DNA from: Eledone cirrhosa
Lineage: Eukaryota
Direction of reading: 5' to 3'
NCBI GenBank assembly: GCA_964016885.1
Contig: OZ024742.1
Coordinates: 159,836,001-159,900,000, forward strand
Length of the DNA stretch: 64,000 nucleotides
The notes below the pieces were generated by a model, which worked only from the letters and a program-made list of their open reading frames with translations, was not told the DNA's origin and ran no database searches. A program made the translations under genes and the position numbers. Shown here piece by piece: positions 35,500 to 48,001 of this stretch (the stretch's first letter is position 1; each line of letters begins with the position of its first letter).

Positions 35500-37126
35500 C
35501 TATACTTAGCTTTTGTCGACTTGGAGAAAGCCTTCGACAGAGTCCCCCGTTCCATTATCTGGTGGGCTCTTAGAAAACTAGGTGTTGATGAATGGCTTGT
35601 GAGAGCTATACAAGCCATGTATAAAGAAACAGTCAGCAAGGTTAGAATTAACAACGAATATAGTGAAGAGTTTAGCGTAAAAGTTGGTGTTCATCAGGGC
35701 TCCGTTCTTAGCCCCCTACTATTTATTATTGCCCTTCAGGCTATAACAGAGGAGTTCAAGACCAGCTGCCCATGGGAACTCCTATACGCAGATGATCTAA
35801 TGCTCATAGCTGAATCAATGGCCGAACTAGAGAAGAAATTCCAAACATGGAAGCATGGCCTAGAATCAAAAGGCCTTAAAATTAACCTGTCGAAGACTAA
35901 AGTTCTAGTTTGTAGGAAGGAAAATAGGGCACCGGTCCCATCCAGGAAATGGCCATGCTCAGTGTGTAGGAAAGGAATAGGTAGAAACTCCATTTTATGT
36001 CCCAAATGCAAAGTATGGGTGCATAAAAGATGTAGTGGGATCACAGGTAAGCTAACTAAGAACATAGATTTTATATGTGGCCGGTGCTCTGGTGCAATAA
36101 GTAGCAGCAGTGCCCACAGAATACTAGCTCATTCCATTGCACAGATGGTTCTATAGAAATAGTGGACACCTTCCGTTACTTGGGTGACAAAATCAGCAGT
36201 GGTGGAGGGTGCTCTGAAAGTACAGTAGCTAGAGTCAGAACTGGATGGAAAAAGTTCAGAGAGCTTATACCACTATTAGCCGCTAAAGGGTTCTGTCTAA
36301 AAATGAAAGGCAGGCTGTATGATGCCTGCATACGAACAGCAATGTTACATGGCAGTGAGACCTGGGCATTGTGTGCAGAGGATATACGTAGACTGGAGAG
36401 GAACGAATCATGCATGCTCCGCTGGATGTGTAATAGTAATATACGTGAACGGCAAAGCATAAACGAACTAAGGGAAAAATTAGAAATAAGAGGGATTAGA
36501 TGTTTACTCGAGAGAAGACTACGTTGGTATAGTCACGTGATGTGCATGAAAGACGACAACTGTATAAAAAAGTGCAGGGCAATAAAAATAGACGGTAGCC
36601 ACGGAGTAGGCAGACCCAGAAAAACCTGGGACGACTTGATAAATTCCGACCTCACACACTTACACCTCTCCAAGACAATGTTACTGGACCGAGATCTTTG
36701 GCGCTACTCAGTAATACAGAAGACCCGCCTTACCTAAGTACAAAGTGAAACCTACTACAGTCAGTAGGCACCTCTAACAAAATACACCCCTGTCCCACTA
36801 CCCCCACCCGATCCACACCACCCCTTTCAATGTAAAGTTATGTTGGTACCACAACATCCAGTCCGAAACAAATGAGGTGGTGTAGGTGTCACGACAAAAA
36901 AACACAGTCCACGCTGTAATGTGGCCATGTACGTAACACGGTAAAAACCTCCCAGTCCACACTGTAAACGTGGTTGGTGTTAGGAAGGGCATCCAGCCGT
37001 AGAAAACCCGCCAGACAGTCCTATGCGAGCGAGACAACCACTCTTGCCTCAAGTGGGAAAACTCCCGTCCAAACCCATGCAAGCGTGGAAGATGGACGTT
37101 AAACGATGATGATGATGATGATGATG
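35500..37126 (+). mobile_element. 5'-truncated RTE-clade LINE with a PHD-type finger inside the RT
   Basis: PLYLAFVDLEKAFDRVP, GVHQGSVLSP, LLYADD, C4HC3 cluster, FRYLG, GRPRKTW, then 3' UTR and (GAT)n tail. Frameshift near 36110-36160. Confidence 0.93.
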
Positions 37127-37203
37127 TGTATAATGGTAGCTATGGTGCTTCCATATGCAGTATGCCAAAATTAGCACTCAATATTCATACAGAGCACAGT
37201 GTG

Positions 37204-37528
37204 AATAGTATAAAAAAAAACGAAAAATCAGTGATGCATCTGGACTCAGTTTACTGCGTGTTACAATTGTTTCGCCGGCAGGTAGCTCGAGACATGATCA
37301 CTGTATGGATCTGGCTGATTCTACGGCTGCAGGTTCCTTCGGACACAGGCAATACGTTCTCAGTGAGAAAATTTGCTCCGAATGTATTGCCTGTATCCGA
37401 AGGAACCTGCAGCCGTAGAATCAGCCAGATCCATACAGTGATCATCTCGTGAGCTACCTGCCGGTGAAACAATTGTAACACGCAATAAACTGAGTCCAGA
37501 TGCATCACTGATTTTTCGATTTTTTTAA

Positions 37529-37533
<5 letters not shown>
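37204..37533. mobile_element. About 330-bp palindrome of two divergently oriented hammerhead-bearing arms
   Basis: Arms of about 155 bp around a short spacer (about 37360-37378). Hammerhead-like motifs at 37386-37486 (+) and 37253-37353 (-). (TA)n on the right. Confidence 0.8.
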
Positions 37534-37569
<36 letters not shown>

Positions 37570-37969
37570 AAATTAAGATAAATTAAATGAATTTAATCTA
37601 AATCGAAATTGTGGGTGTCATGCCATAACGGCGTGTGCCATATCGCCCGGAAAATAAGCTCAAAGATTCTATCTTGTAGATTTGAACTCGCTGTGTAAGC
37701 ATGGATTGCTGGACATTCTTCTTCCTTGTTGATAATGCAAAAATATCCACTTTCCGTGACTTACCATCTGATTAATTGGTGAAATGTATTTCTTTAATGG
37801 AATATATACAGGGAAGATTAATCATATTAAAAGGTATCTATTTTTGAAGTTCTAGTCAACTTTATTTATTTGTTACCCAACAAGCTATGCGTGGTTACAC
37901 GCTTGTAAAAATTATCTCCTGTGATTATTCATGTTTATATATATGTTAATCAATTTCTAGTTATTATAT

Positions 37970-38003
<34 letters not shown>

Positions 38004-38048
38004 ATGTATGTATATATATATGTGTATATATATATACCCATATATACA

Positions 38049-39116
38049 TGGAGGCACATGGCTTAATGGTTAGAGCATTGGCCTTGCAATCGAAAGGTTG
38101 TGAGTTCAATTCTCAGACCGGGTGATGTGTTGTTTCCTTGAGCAAGACACTTTATTTCACATTGCTCCAGTTTACTCAGCTGTAGAAATGAGATGATAGG
38201 ACTGGGGTCCCTATCATTCCACTGCAAAGTGGTCGTGGAGGTGCCACGGCAAAAAAGCACCCAGCACTCACTGTAAATGAGGTTGGTGTTAGGAAGGGCA
38301 TCCAGCTGTAGAAATCAAGCCAGAATCAGTTCCCGTCCCACCCTTGCAAGCAGGGAAAAGCGGACGTAAAATGAAATGATGATGATGATGATACATACAT
38401 AAATATATACATATATATATATATACATATACATATATATGTGTGTGTGTGTGTGAAGGCACATAGCTTAGTGGTTTGAGCATCAGGCTTACAATCGAGA
38501 GGTTGTGAGTTCAATTCTCAGACACTTTATTTCACATTGCTTCAGTTCATTCAGTTGTGGAAATGAGTTGCGACGTCGCTGGTGCCCAGCTCTATTGGCC
38601 TTTGCTTTTTTCTAGGACAACATTGGTGGCATGGAGAGGGAGACTAGTATGCATGACTCTGGAATCGAAAGCTCCTCAGATATGTGTTCTCACATGAAGA
38701 CTCACATCGAGCTTTTGATTCCAGAATCAGGAATGAACATAATCGATTGTTCCACAAGCTGGTCGGGAGTGAAACATGTAATCATCATCATCATCATTTA
38801 ATTTTACGTCTGCTTTTTCCCTGCTTGCAAGGGTGAAACGGGAACTGATTCTGACTTGATTTCTACAGCTGGATGCCCAACCTCATTTACAGTGAGTGCT
38901 GGGTGCTTTTTTGCCGTGGCACCTCCACGACCACTTTGCAGTGGAATGATATAGACCCCAGTCCCTATCATCTCATTTCTACAGCTGAGTAAACTGGAGC
39001 AATGTGAAATAAAGTGTCTTGCTCAAGGAAACAACACATCACCTGGTCTGAGAATTGAACTCACAACTTTTCGATTGCAAGGCCAATGCTCTAACCACTA
39101 AGCCATGTGCCTCCAT
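38049..39116. mobile_element. Inverted pair of CORE/V-like tRNA SINEs with RTE-derived 3' tails, plus a third head at about 38453
   Basis: 38049-38392 (+) and 38781-39116 (-): A box TGGCTTAATGG, B box GTTCAATTC, CCTTGAGCAAGACACTT. The tail AGGAAGGGCATCCAGC...(GAT)n is shared with the RTE 3' UTR at 36980-37126. Confidence 0.85.
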
Positions 39117-39579
39117 CGTAATATGTAATTAAATATGTATATGATGTAACACTGATTCTTTGTTCCTAATTATTATTATTGATACTCTGCTCCCACTATC
39201 ATTGAGTGCTCATCTTGGCATACCACCTTTATGACTATATATATATATATATACAGGTCTGGTTATCATTTATTTTTTATCATTTATTTTGTTTTGACCT
39301 GTTTAGCTTGATTTGGTTTTTGGCTTGGGTGGTTAATGCCTTGTTGACCACCTTTTCAGTTTTGTATGGCTTCTTAACACATTGTTTAGCTCTGGTTTTT
39401 AACTATTGAGCACTTTGCCAGTATCATTTCTGATTTTTGCGTTTCGCTTCGCTTTTCCTGCCCACCGAAATGCGATTCTTGCTGAATCTTTATTTGTATA
39501 TATATATATATATATTTAATATAGAAATGGCTTCTTCAGGACTAGAACTGTTTCATTTGGGAGAAATCATCAGGAAGCC

Positions 39580-39610
<31 letters not shown>

Positions 39611-39663
39611 TATATGCAAACAGATACAAATAGATTATTCCATAAATGATGGAAATATATATG

Positions 39664-39785
39664 CTAATGTGACACATGGTCGATGGTACTGAACAATGTC
39701 GACAGCTTGTTGAACTTGTCACATTCCACTTCAAATGTTTCATGTTGTGAAACTGTGAACCAATTTTTCCAATCTCCAACAACAC
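39664..39785 (-). CDS. SULT terminal exon (VVGDWKNWFTVSQHETFE...VSH*)
   Basis: Acceptor TTACTTTCCAG, stop TAG at 39664-39666. Confidence 0.9.
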
Positions 39786-40129
39786 CTGGAAAGTAAAAGG
39801 TAACATTGATGTGAAACATTGCTTCATTTAGCATATTTCTAATGAAAGAGACTGCCTATGAAATTACAATAATTTTTTAAATAATCAAGAATTTGGAAGA
39901 ATTTGCTAATTTAACTAATTTCCTCATTAATAATCTGGTGTTTGAAACAAAAGTTAAAGGTTCTTGCTTAAAATTATGATGGAAGGTTTTTAGATAACAA
40001 TACGCACTTTAAGAAAATTTGAAATGTGAGTGTCCCAACATAAATGTCCATAATAGCAATAGTCAATCAATATAAATAATATTTGAGAAAATCAGTAAAG
40101 TATTCCTGTTTACTTTTTTTCTATTTCCA

Positions 40130-40480
40130 AGGGTTCTTTGATGAAATGGCGTTCTTCTGAAAGGTTTTTGGAGTAATACTACTAGAGAGTTGCTATAGGT
40201 AAAGCCACTACTTCTCCGAATTGAGAGATCAAGCTTTTTACAGACATGAGGTTAGAATACCTCAGGAAAGAATCGTTGGACAGATTTTATGGGCAAAATC
40301 AATTGGTAGGAGACTCTGAGTAAGATGGTTGGATAACAATCATGAGTTTGGCTGGTCTTGCTTAGAGATCCAGCCAGATTAATTGGAGACTATTGCTTCT
40401 GAAGGCATGCCTGAGGACTCTGCCCTAATGACTCTCCCATAAATAAGGAGGAGAAAGGAAAAGGAAGAAGAAGTAGAAGA
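40130..40480 (+). mobile_element. Highly degenerate RTE-like LINE 3' fragment
   Basis: Broken translation EMAFF*KVFGV...VRIPQERIVGQILWAK...VRWLDN. A related fragment lies at about 45330-45510. Confidence 0.45.
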
Positions 40481-40753
40481 ACTTTCAAACAGACTCAGAG
40501 AAGCTGCAAATGAGCACAGTCTACTAGCTGGTTAAGTAGTGGCTGTATGGTAACATTGAAGGATATTCTGTTAACTTGTATTGGTGAATCAACTTCTCCT
40601 ATAGAACATTATAGTTAGAATATGGATGGTTTCAATAGACTACATGAAGCCAAAGGTTTCAATGACAGTTCTCCAACTGATAAAAGTCTAAATGCATTCA
40701 ATTCTACAACTTTGTATCAACTGAGTAATATATTTGTATGTTGTTCTGTGTGC

Positions 40754-40990
40754 ATCATCATCATCATCATCATCATCATTTAACGTCCGTGTTCCACGCT
40801 TGCATGGGTTTGGATGGGGGTTTTCCCACTTGAGGCAAGAGTGATTGTCTTGCTCGCATAGGACTGTCTGGCGGGTTTTCTACAGCTGGATGCCCTTCCT
40901 AACACCAACCACATTTACAGTGTGGGGCTGGGAGGTTTTTACCGTGTTGCCTACACGGCCACATTACAGCGTGGACTGTCTGGCGGGTAT
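40754..40990 (-). mobile_element. RTE 3' UTR fragment with (GAT)n tail
   Basis: Reverse complement of about 36905-37126. Similar fragments at about 41826-42050 and 55269-55320. Confidence 0.8.
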
Positions 40991-41542
40991 ATATATATAT
41001 ATATATATATGTACATATACATAAGTACACTGACCACTATCATCCCTTCCACAATGATATATGCCTGATCAATGAGGTTGAACACTATCCAACATGCAGA
41101 ATCATATGCTGCCTCATGGTCCCAGCAGACAGAATGTGGCTGAAAAATGTCCTAGAGCCAAGCATAAGAGCTAGGTAAGAACCAGTCTACCAGTCCATTG
41201 TTAGACATCATGGTATTCTCTCTACACAAACAACCCAGTTTTGAGATAATGTTTCTTCAAATCCTGAATAACGGTACATCTATTATTATAATAATATCTC
41301 TTGAAATCAATTCTATTTCCAAAGAAACCTTAGATAATGCTAAGTCCAATATTGAAATACCATTTCTTTAAATTGTTTCACTCTACTTTCAAAGAGACAG
41401 TGGGTAATGGTATGTCCGGTTTTGAGATAGTTTCTTCAAATCCTGGATATCGTTTTTATCAAATCACTCTATTTTCAAAGGAACATTAGATAAGTCCATA
41501 AAAACACGGACACAAGAAATTAACTGACTAACAAAACTATAC

Positions 41543-41708
41543 CTTTACGAAACAGGGATGCATCTGCTGATCGAAAAAGAGAATTATTGACTGGTTTGGC
41601 AGCCTTCATTTTGGCAAAAGAGCATTTGTCAGCAATATCTTGAAAAAGATGATCATTTTGGGGAAGTTCTAAAAACTCTGCTAGCTTAGCAATGATGCCT
41701 ACTGTGTC
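41543..41708 (-). CDS. SULT coding exon 4 (DTVGIIAKLAEFL...CSFAKMK...LFRKG)
   Basis: Acceptor TTCATTCTAG, donor GTATAG, 166 nt. Confidence 0.9.
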
Positions 41709-42440
41709 CTAGAATGAATATAAAACATAAAACACACAAAATATTATGTAATTCACACTGAGAAATTGAGAAAAATTTTATAGTGATGTTAAACTTAGAA
41801 TATTTTCTAAATCTGCTTATATATATCATCATCATCATCATCATCATTGATTAATACCCATCTTCCATGCTAGCATGGGTTAGATGGGTCCTATTATGGC
41901 AAGTTGTGTCGGGTGACTGTGTCTCACTCATATAGGGGTGTTTCTGGCTGGTTTTCTATGGCTGGATGCCCTTCCTAATGCTAAACACATTGACAGTGTT
42001 AGCTTGGTGCTTTTTGCCATGTCTTTTACACATTCACTTTACAGTGTGGGCTGGGGGGTGTATTGGGGTGGGGCATACTGTACATATGCTTCAGCTTGTG
42101 CTCGTATATTTGAAAATGTGGGAATCCCAAATGTGAAAAATATCTGTAACAACAGTTGATTGCTATAAATAGTTTAGAGAATCTGTTAAAATACCCCTAG
42201 AGATGGAAAAAAAGTACTATCTTTATTAACACTGAAGAGATGAAAGGCAAAGTGAACCTTGGCAAGATTTGAAAAAATATTCAATGCTCTGATGACTCTG
42301 CTAATTCGACTGCCTTCTAAATTCTATCTATCTTAAATTTTTCTCTTCAAATACAACCCCAAGCCACAATACATGGAACATGTTTATAAGCCCACTGGTT
42401 ACTTAACTCTTTCTACTTGTTGTACTTGCTGAATTTAAAG

Positions 42441-42597
42441 TACCGTATTTCCTGGCATTAAAGACACTTCATCTAATTTTGACAACCAAAAATTTGAAAA
42501 AAAGTAATAAACAACCTTTGGCCTTCAGGATGTATGCTAGATTCTTTAGACTTATTTTAGAAAAAAAGTAGTGTCTTCAACACTGGGAAATACGGTA
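42441..42597. mobile_element. Tc1/mariner (pogo/Tc2-type) MITE
   Basis: TACCGTATTTCCTGGCATTAAAGACACT ... AGTGTCTTCAACACTGGGAAATACGGTA terminal inverted repeats. Confidence 0.8.
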
Positions 42598-42974
42598 TAT
42601 AAAAAGCTTGCTTTTATCTTCAACTGTTCTGTTTAAAATGCATGTCACTCCATGTCATTATTCTCTTTTGCTCTATCTATTTATAAATCAAATTCAGGCT
42701 CATCTTTAACATATTTTATTTTTCTGTGTCACTCTATTTATCTACAAATGAACTTTGGACATATCTTTAATAGCTCTTTTATGATCAGTGTCTGTGTCTC
42801 ATCTCTCAATTGAATATCAATCTACCATTCATATCCATCTCTCATTTGAATATTAATCTATCATCCATATCCAAGTAACTATGCAAATTTTCTTCTTCCT
42901 TTCAGATATGGAAACCCAACACCAAATCACCTCCCTCACCAAATATTCATCTCCCTCTCCCTCTTAGGGTAAAC

Positions 42975-44866
42975 TTCAAAGATGCACTTGCCCTCCTCGA
43001 TGCTGAAAAGAAGGTAGCATGGAAGTGTCATTATGAAAGATTACTGAACAAGGAGAATGGATGGAAGATAGTCTGCCCCAGGTGGACCCAAAAGAGGGAT
43101 CAGCTGTACAAATCAGCAGCAGCATAGTGAATAAGGCAATTAAGGATATGAAGAGGGGCAAAGCAGTTGGACCATCGGGGATAGTTGCTGACATAGTTGG
43201 TCACACAATTAACTACTTGTATTGTAAACCAAGTAATACCTAATGGTGTCATATCCAATGACTGGCATAGCAGGACAGCATCAGTTATTACAAGGGCAAA
43301 GGAAATGTATTAGACAGAGAAAACTATAGAGGTATCAAGTTGATGGACCAGATAATGAAGATTGCAAATAGTTATAGTACAGTTGATTAGGGACCAAATT
43401 AATTTAGATTTGTGCTGGTTAAAGTACCACTGATGCCCTTTCCTTATGCGACAATTGCAAGAAGAGTACCCAGCTAAAAGTAAGTTCCTCTGGAGAAAGC
43501 TTTTGACCAAGTCCCCTGTTCAATAATCTGGTAGGCTCTTAGAAAACTAGGAATAGATGAGTGACTCTTGAAGGCAGTACAAGCCATGTACAGAGATTAG
43601 AATTAACAATGATTATATTGAGAAATTTATTGTGCAAGTAGGAATCCAGCAATTTTCTGTTCTTAGCCATCTCCCGTTTATTATAGCCCTGTAAGCTATA
43701 ACATGAGTTTTAGACTGATTGCCCATGGGAACACCTATATGCAGATAATCTAACCATAGTAGCTGAATCTATGGCAGAATTAGAGAAGAAATTCTAAACC
43801 TGGAAGCAGAGCTTAGAATCAAAAGGTCTTAAAGTTAACTTCACAAAGTCGAAAGTCCTACTAACTAGAAAGGAAAACATGACCCAGATCCTTTCAGGGA
43901 GATAGCCTTGCTTAGTGTACAGGAAAAGAGTGGGTAGAAAGTCCATGCTATGCTCCAAATGCAAACTATGGGCACCAAGAGATGTAGTGGGATCTCAGGC
44001 AGGCTAGCAAAGAACATAGGTTTTGTATGTGGTCAATGCACAAGAGCAGTAAGTAACACGAGCTCACAGGAAACAAGTTCTATTAAATGTTCAGCAGGCT
44101 CTGTAGAAGTAGTTGATAGCTTCTGTAATCTGGGATACCAAATTAGCAGTGGAGGTGGGATTTCCGAATATACAGTAGCCAGAGTGAGAACATGATGGAA
44201 AAAGTTCAGGGAGCTAGAACCGCTGCTGGCTACAAAAGGTTTTCCTCTCAAAATGAAAGGCAGATTGTATGATGCTTGTGTACAAAAGCAATGCTGCATG
44301 GAAGTGAAACCTGGGTACTATGTGCAGAGGACCTACAAAGATCAGAAAGAAATGAAGTCTCATGCTTCAATGAATGTGTAATAGTAGTGTGCTTGAATGG
44401 TGAAACATCAATGAACTGAAAGAGAAACTGAGCATAAATGGGATTAGATGCAGCATATAGGAGAGAAGATTACAGTAGTATGGACATGTGAAGCATATGG
44501 AGGATGACAGCTGTATCAAAAGATGCAGGGCATTCAAAGCTGATGAAAACTATGAAAGAGGAAAACCTATGAAAGCTTGGGGTGAAGTGATAAAAACTGA
44601 CCTTGTTCACAAAGGAGAAGACACAGGATCGAGATATCTGGTGTTATGCTGTACTGCAGGAGACCTGTCTTCCCATGTGCACAGGATGAAACAAATATAT
44701 AGAAACTATAGCATACCAATCATCTGCTCTTTACCCCTCCCCAGTATTAATACCCCATTCCCCTCTCACCAGCTAAATAACCAAAGTGTCTCATATCAAA
44801 CTTGCATACTTGTCCCCAACCCCAACCTTCCCTCTAGAAATTAAACAGTGATGATGATGATGATGA
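42975..44866 (+). mobile_element. Degenerate RTE LINE (same PHD-containing family)
   Basis: KAIKDMKRGKAVGPSG, ENYRGIKL, EKAFDQVP, YADN, VVDSFCNLG and a (GAT)n tail, with many stops. Confidence 0.85.
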
Positions 44867-45113
44867 TGTGCGCATATGTGTATGTATGTATGCATATGTG
44901 TGTGTGTGTATTTCTGTTCAACAAAAAGTGATTGCTAAAATATGTACCAGACTTGAAAAAAGTAAATATTTGGGTTGATATTATTGACTTTTATGTGGAG
45001 CCCCAGCATGGCCACAGTCTAATGACTGAACTCAGTCAAACAAAAAAAAAGGACAAAATAACAAAAGAAAAGACAAAAACAAAAATAAGAACAGCAATTT
45101 ATCATATTTTTAC

Positions 45114-45217
45114 CTTTTTAACATCTTCATACATAATTATCAATATAGGTAGCTCTGGATGTTTTTTGATGTCCTTCTCCCACTGAAGCATGTATTCAAA
45201 CCAATTACCATAGTTCA
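45114..45217 (-). CDS. SULT coding exon 3 (VNYGNWFEYMLQWEKDIKKHPELPILIIMYEDVKK)
   Basis: Acceptor TTCTTTTAG, donor GTAAAA, 104 nt, phases compatible with neighbouring exons. Confidence 0.9.
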
Positions 45218-46369
45218 CTAAAAGAATTCAAGAAAAGTAATGAACCTTCAACTCTTAATATCCTTTAAGGATTTAATAGGTGCAGTAGTGCGTCAGCTTC
45301 AGCATTAAGTAATCAGAAAAAGGGAGGTAGGTATAAAAGCCAAACTTGCTATCTTCAGTTTGGTATTTGTGCCAACCCTCATGAATCTTAAGTAATGACC
45401 GAAAGATTACGATTGCGAATACAAGTGGCCAAAATTTGGTTCCTCCAAAGGGTCTTTGGAGTTACGTTACTTGATAACGTGTATAACTCAGAGATCAAAG
45501 AGTCACTCCATCATAATTGTCTGTAAGAACAATTTGTTAAGTTATGTTTCAAATATAGTTATGAGATATTTAGTATTATTATTAAATCTGAGTTCAAATC
45601 CCGCCGAGGTTGACTTTGCCTTTCATCCTTACGGGGTCGATAAAATAAAGTACCAGTAATACATTGGGATAATTGCTGGCCTTGTGCCAAAAGTAGAAAC
45701 AATTATTAAATTCTTCCAAATACTTTGTTATTTTCCAAAATTATTTCAAAATCATAAGCAGTGTCTCATTAGAAATATGGTAATGAAAGTGTCAAAATAT
45801 ATATGATAATAAAAAAAAATTCTTTCAAAATTTTCTGTAAGAACCTTTATGTTGCAAACACCTGCTTAATTCTGAGAAATTTTATTATATTACTAAATTT
45901 TACCAAATTCTCAATTATTTTCAAAATTATTTTAAAATCGTGTCTTTCATCAGAAATATAGTAATGAAAGGGTTAACTGATTTAATTCATTAGACAGGGA
46001 ATAAAATTTTCTAAGTGTTTTTAGTTAAACACATCGATATACCCAGTGATATAGCTATGATGAAGTGACTAAAGGCCACTTCTAAAAAAAACCTAGTCTT
46101 TGTAGGTCTGAGAAAGTACCAGATTCGTGACTGCCATGAATAAGACCACTAAAACAACAATATGGTGAGAGGTAACAAAAAGAATCATAGTTTATCTTCC
46201 TTTGCATGCGTTAACAAACGATGTCTTCAGGCTTTAGGTAAAGGGGACTGTTTGAAAAATATATTGCAGTCTCCATTTCCTGCTGTAAAAACTGGCAATG
46301 TGCCTGTGACCTGTCCTTGGAGACGTGAGATGGATGCACAAAGATTGCATATCTTGAGACTCCAAAGGG

Positions 46370-47460
46370 AGCAAACCTTGGTAATTGGAACCTAGAACAT
46401 CAAAACCCTTACAGGTAAGGAGCAGGAACTAGTGGAGGAGGCTAGATGCTACTGGCTAGATTTAGTTGAGGTTTCCTCAACAAAGTTCTGTGGCTCTGAT
46501 ACTATGGATTTGTATGGAGGATAAAAACTCCACTATTCAGCTGTTGCACCAGAAATGACTGCACAGATGGGAGTGGAGATACTCACAATTCCCCGGTTGT
46601 CAGAATGTGTTATGGACTGGATCCTATTGGGAGGGAGGATTTGCCTCTTGAAGCTGAGGCTGAAAGATAGGTCTGTGTTGGTGGTGCAAGTATATGCACC
46701 AAACAAGGCGTCTGAATACAGATCTTTCCTTGATGAAGTCACAGCAGTGTTAGATGTAGTTAAGACTAACTCATATATCCTAATGGGAGACTTCAATGCA
46801 CATGTTGGCACTTACAACCTGACACGGAAAAGAGTGATTCGAAGGAACTATGATCCTAATCTCAACACAAATGGAGAAGCCTTATTAGACTTTTGTTCTA
46901 GCAATGTACTCTCTATTATGAACACTTTCTTCTAGCAGAGACATTCATAAACATACATAGTATAAGAGGAATCAGGGACAAAGACCAATAATTGATTTTG
47001 TTATTGTCTTTGATATCTTCAATTCTGTGCTGGTTGTTCATGTTAAGAGAGGGCCTGAGCTATCAACTGATCGCCATCTAGTTATTGACTTACAGGATAA
47101 AGTGGGAAGTGTTTTGGGATAAGGAAGTCAGGGCCAGGTATGCAGATACTATTGCATCCAAATTCAGAGAACTTCCTGAGAAAACTGAGGACATTGAAAT
47201 GGAGTGGAGATTGTTCAGCTCAGCAGTTTCTGCTTTAGCTGATAAATGTGGAAGAGGCTTGGTGTGGCACTGAAAGACAGGAGGACTCCTTGGTTCAATC
47301 AAAAAGTCGAAGATGCCATCTGAGCAAAGAGGGAAGGGAGGCCTATAAAGCTTGGTTTGGAAATAAGTCCTCCTTCTTGCACATGAGGTGCAAACAAGAA
47401 TGAAAAGTTACAGCCGAGAGAAACAGTAAAGGCATCCAAAGTTATGACATGGGAGTTCTT
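46370..47460 (+). mobile_element. LINE (RTE-like) APE endonuclease relic
   Basis: IGT*NIKTL, QVYAPN, LMGDFNAHVG, NGEALLDFC, LSIMNTFF and LSTDRHLV. Confidence 0.85.
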
Positions 47461-47567
47461 TGGGGTTAAAGGTTGAATTAAGTGCTTTTCATCATGGCGC
47501 CAGTATGACTACCTTACAAGGTGGACTGGGGGCTTTTCGTTGTGGCACAAGCAATAGATATATATAT

Positions 47568-48001
47568 ACTAGACCTGAAAAATGCGCAAGCTCAAAAGAG
47601 CCACAGAATGTTATAATAAACCTTCAAAAGTGTGGAACTAGAGTTGTTGCTCTAAAATATTGTAATCATTATCTATCGTACACTCTGTGGCATCCTTTTA
47701 TAAAAAAGAAACTCATAACGAACTCAAGACGACATGATAATTATTTAAGCTAATGTTCAATATCTCATATTAGATGTTTAGTAATAATTAATACGAAATG
47801 CACTTAAACCGAATTCTATATTATAAATTCACTTAAATAATTATCGTGTCGTCTTGAGTTCGTTATGAGTCTCTTTTTTATAAAAGGATGCCATAGATAA
47901 TGATTACAATATTTTTGAGCAACAACTCTAGTCCCACACTTTTGAAGGTTTATTATAACATTCTGTGGGTCTTTTGAGCTTGCGCATTTTTCAGGTCTAG
48001 T
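47568..48001. repeat. About 435-bp fold-back element (arms about 180 bp)
   Basis: ACTAGACCTGAAAAATGCGCAAGCTCAAAAG ... CTTTTGAGCTTGCGCATTTTTCAGGTCTAGT. The left arm abuts (TA)n. Confidence 0.85.
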
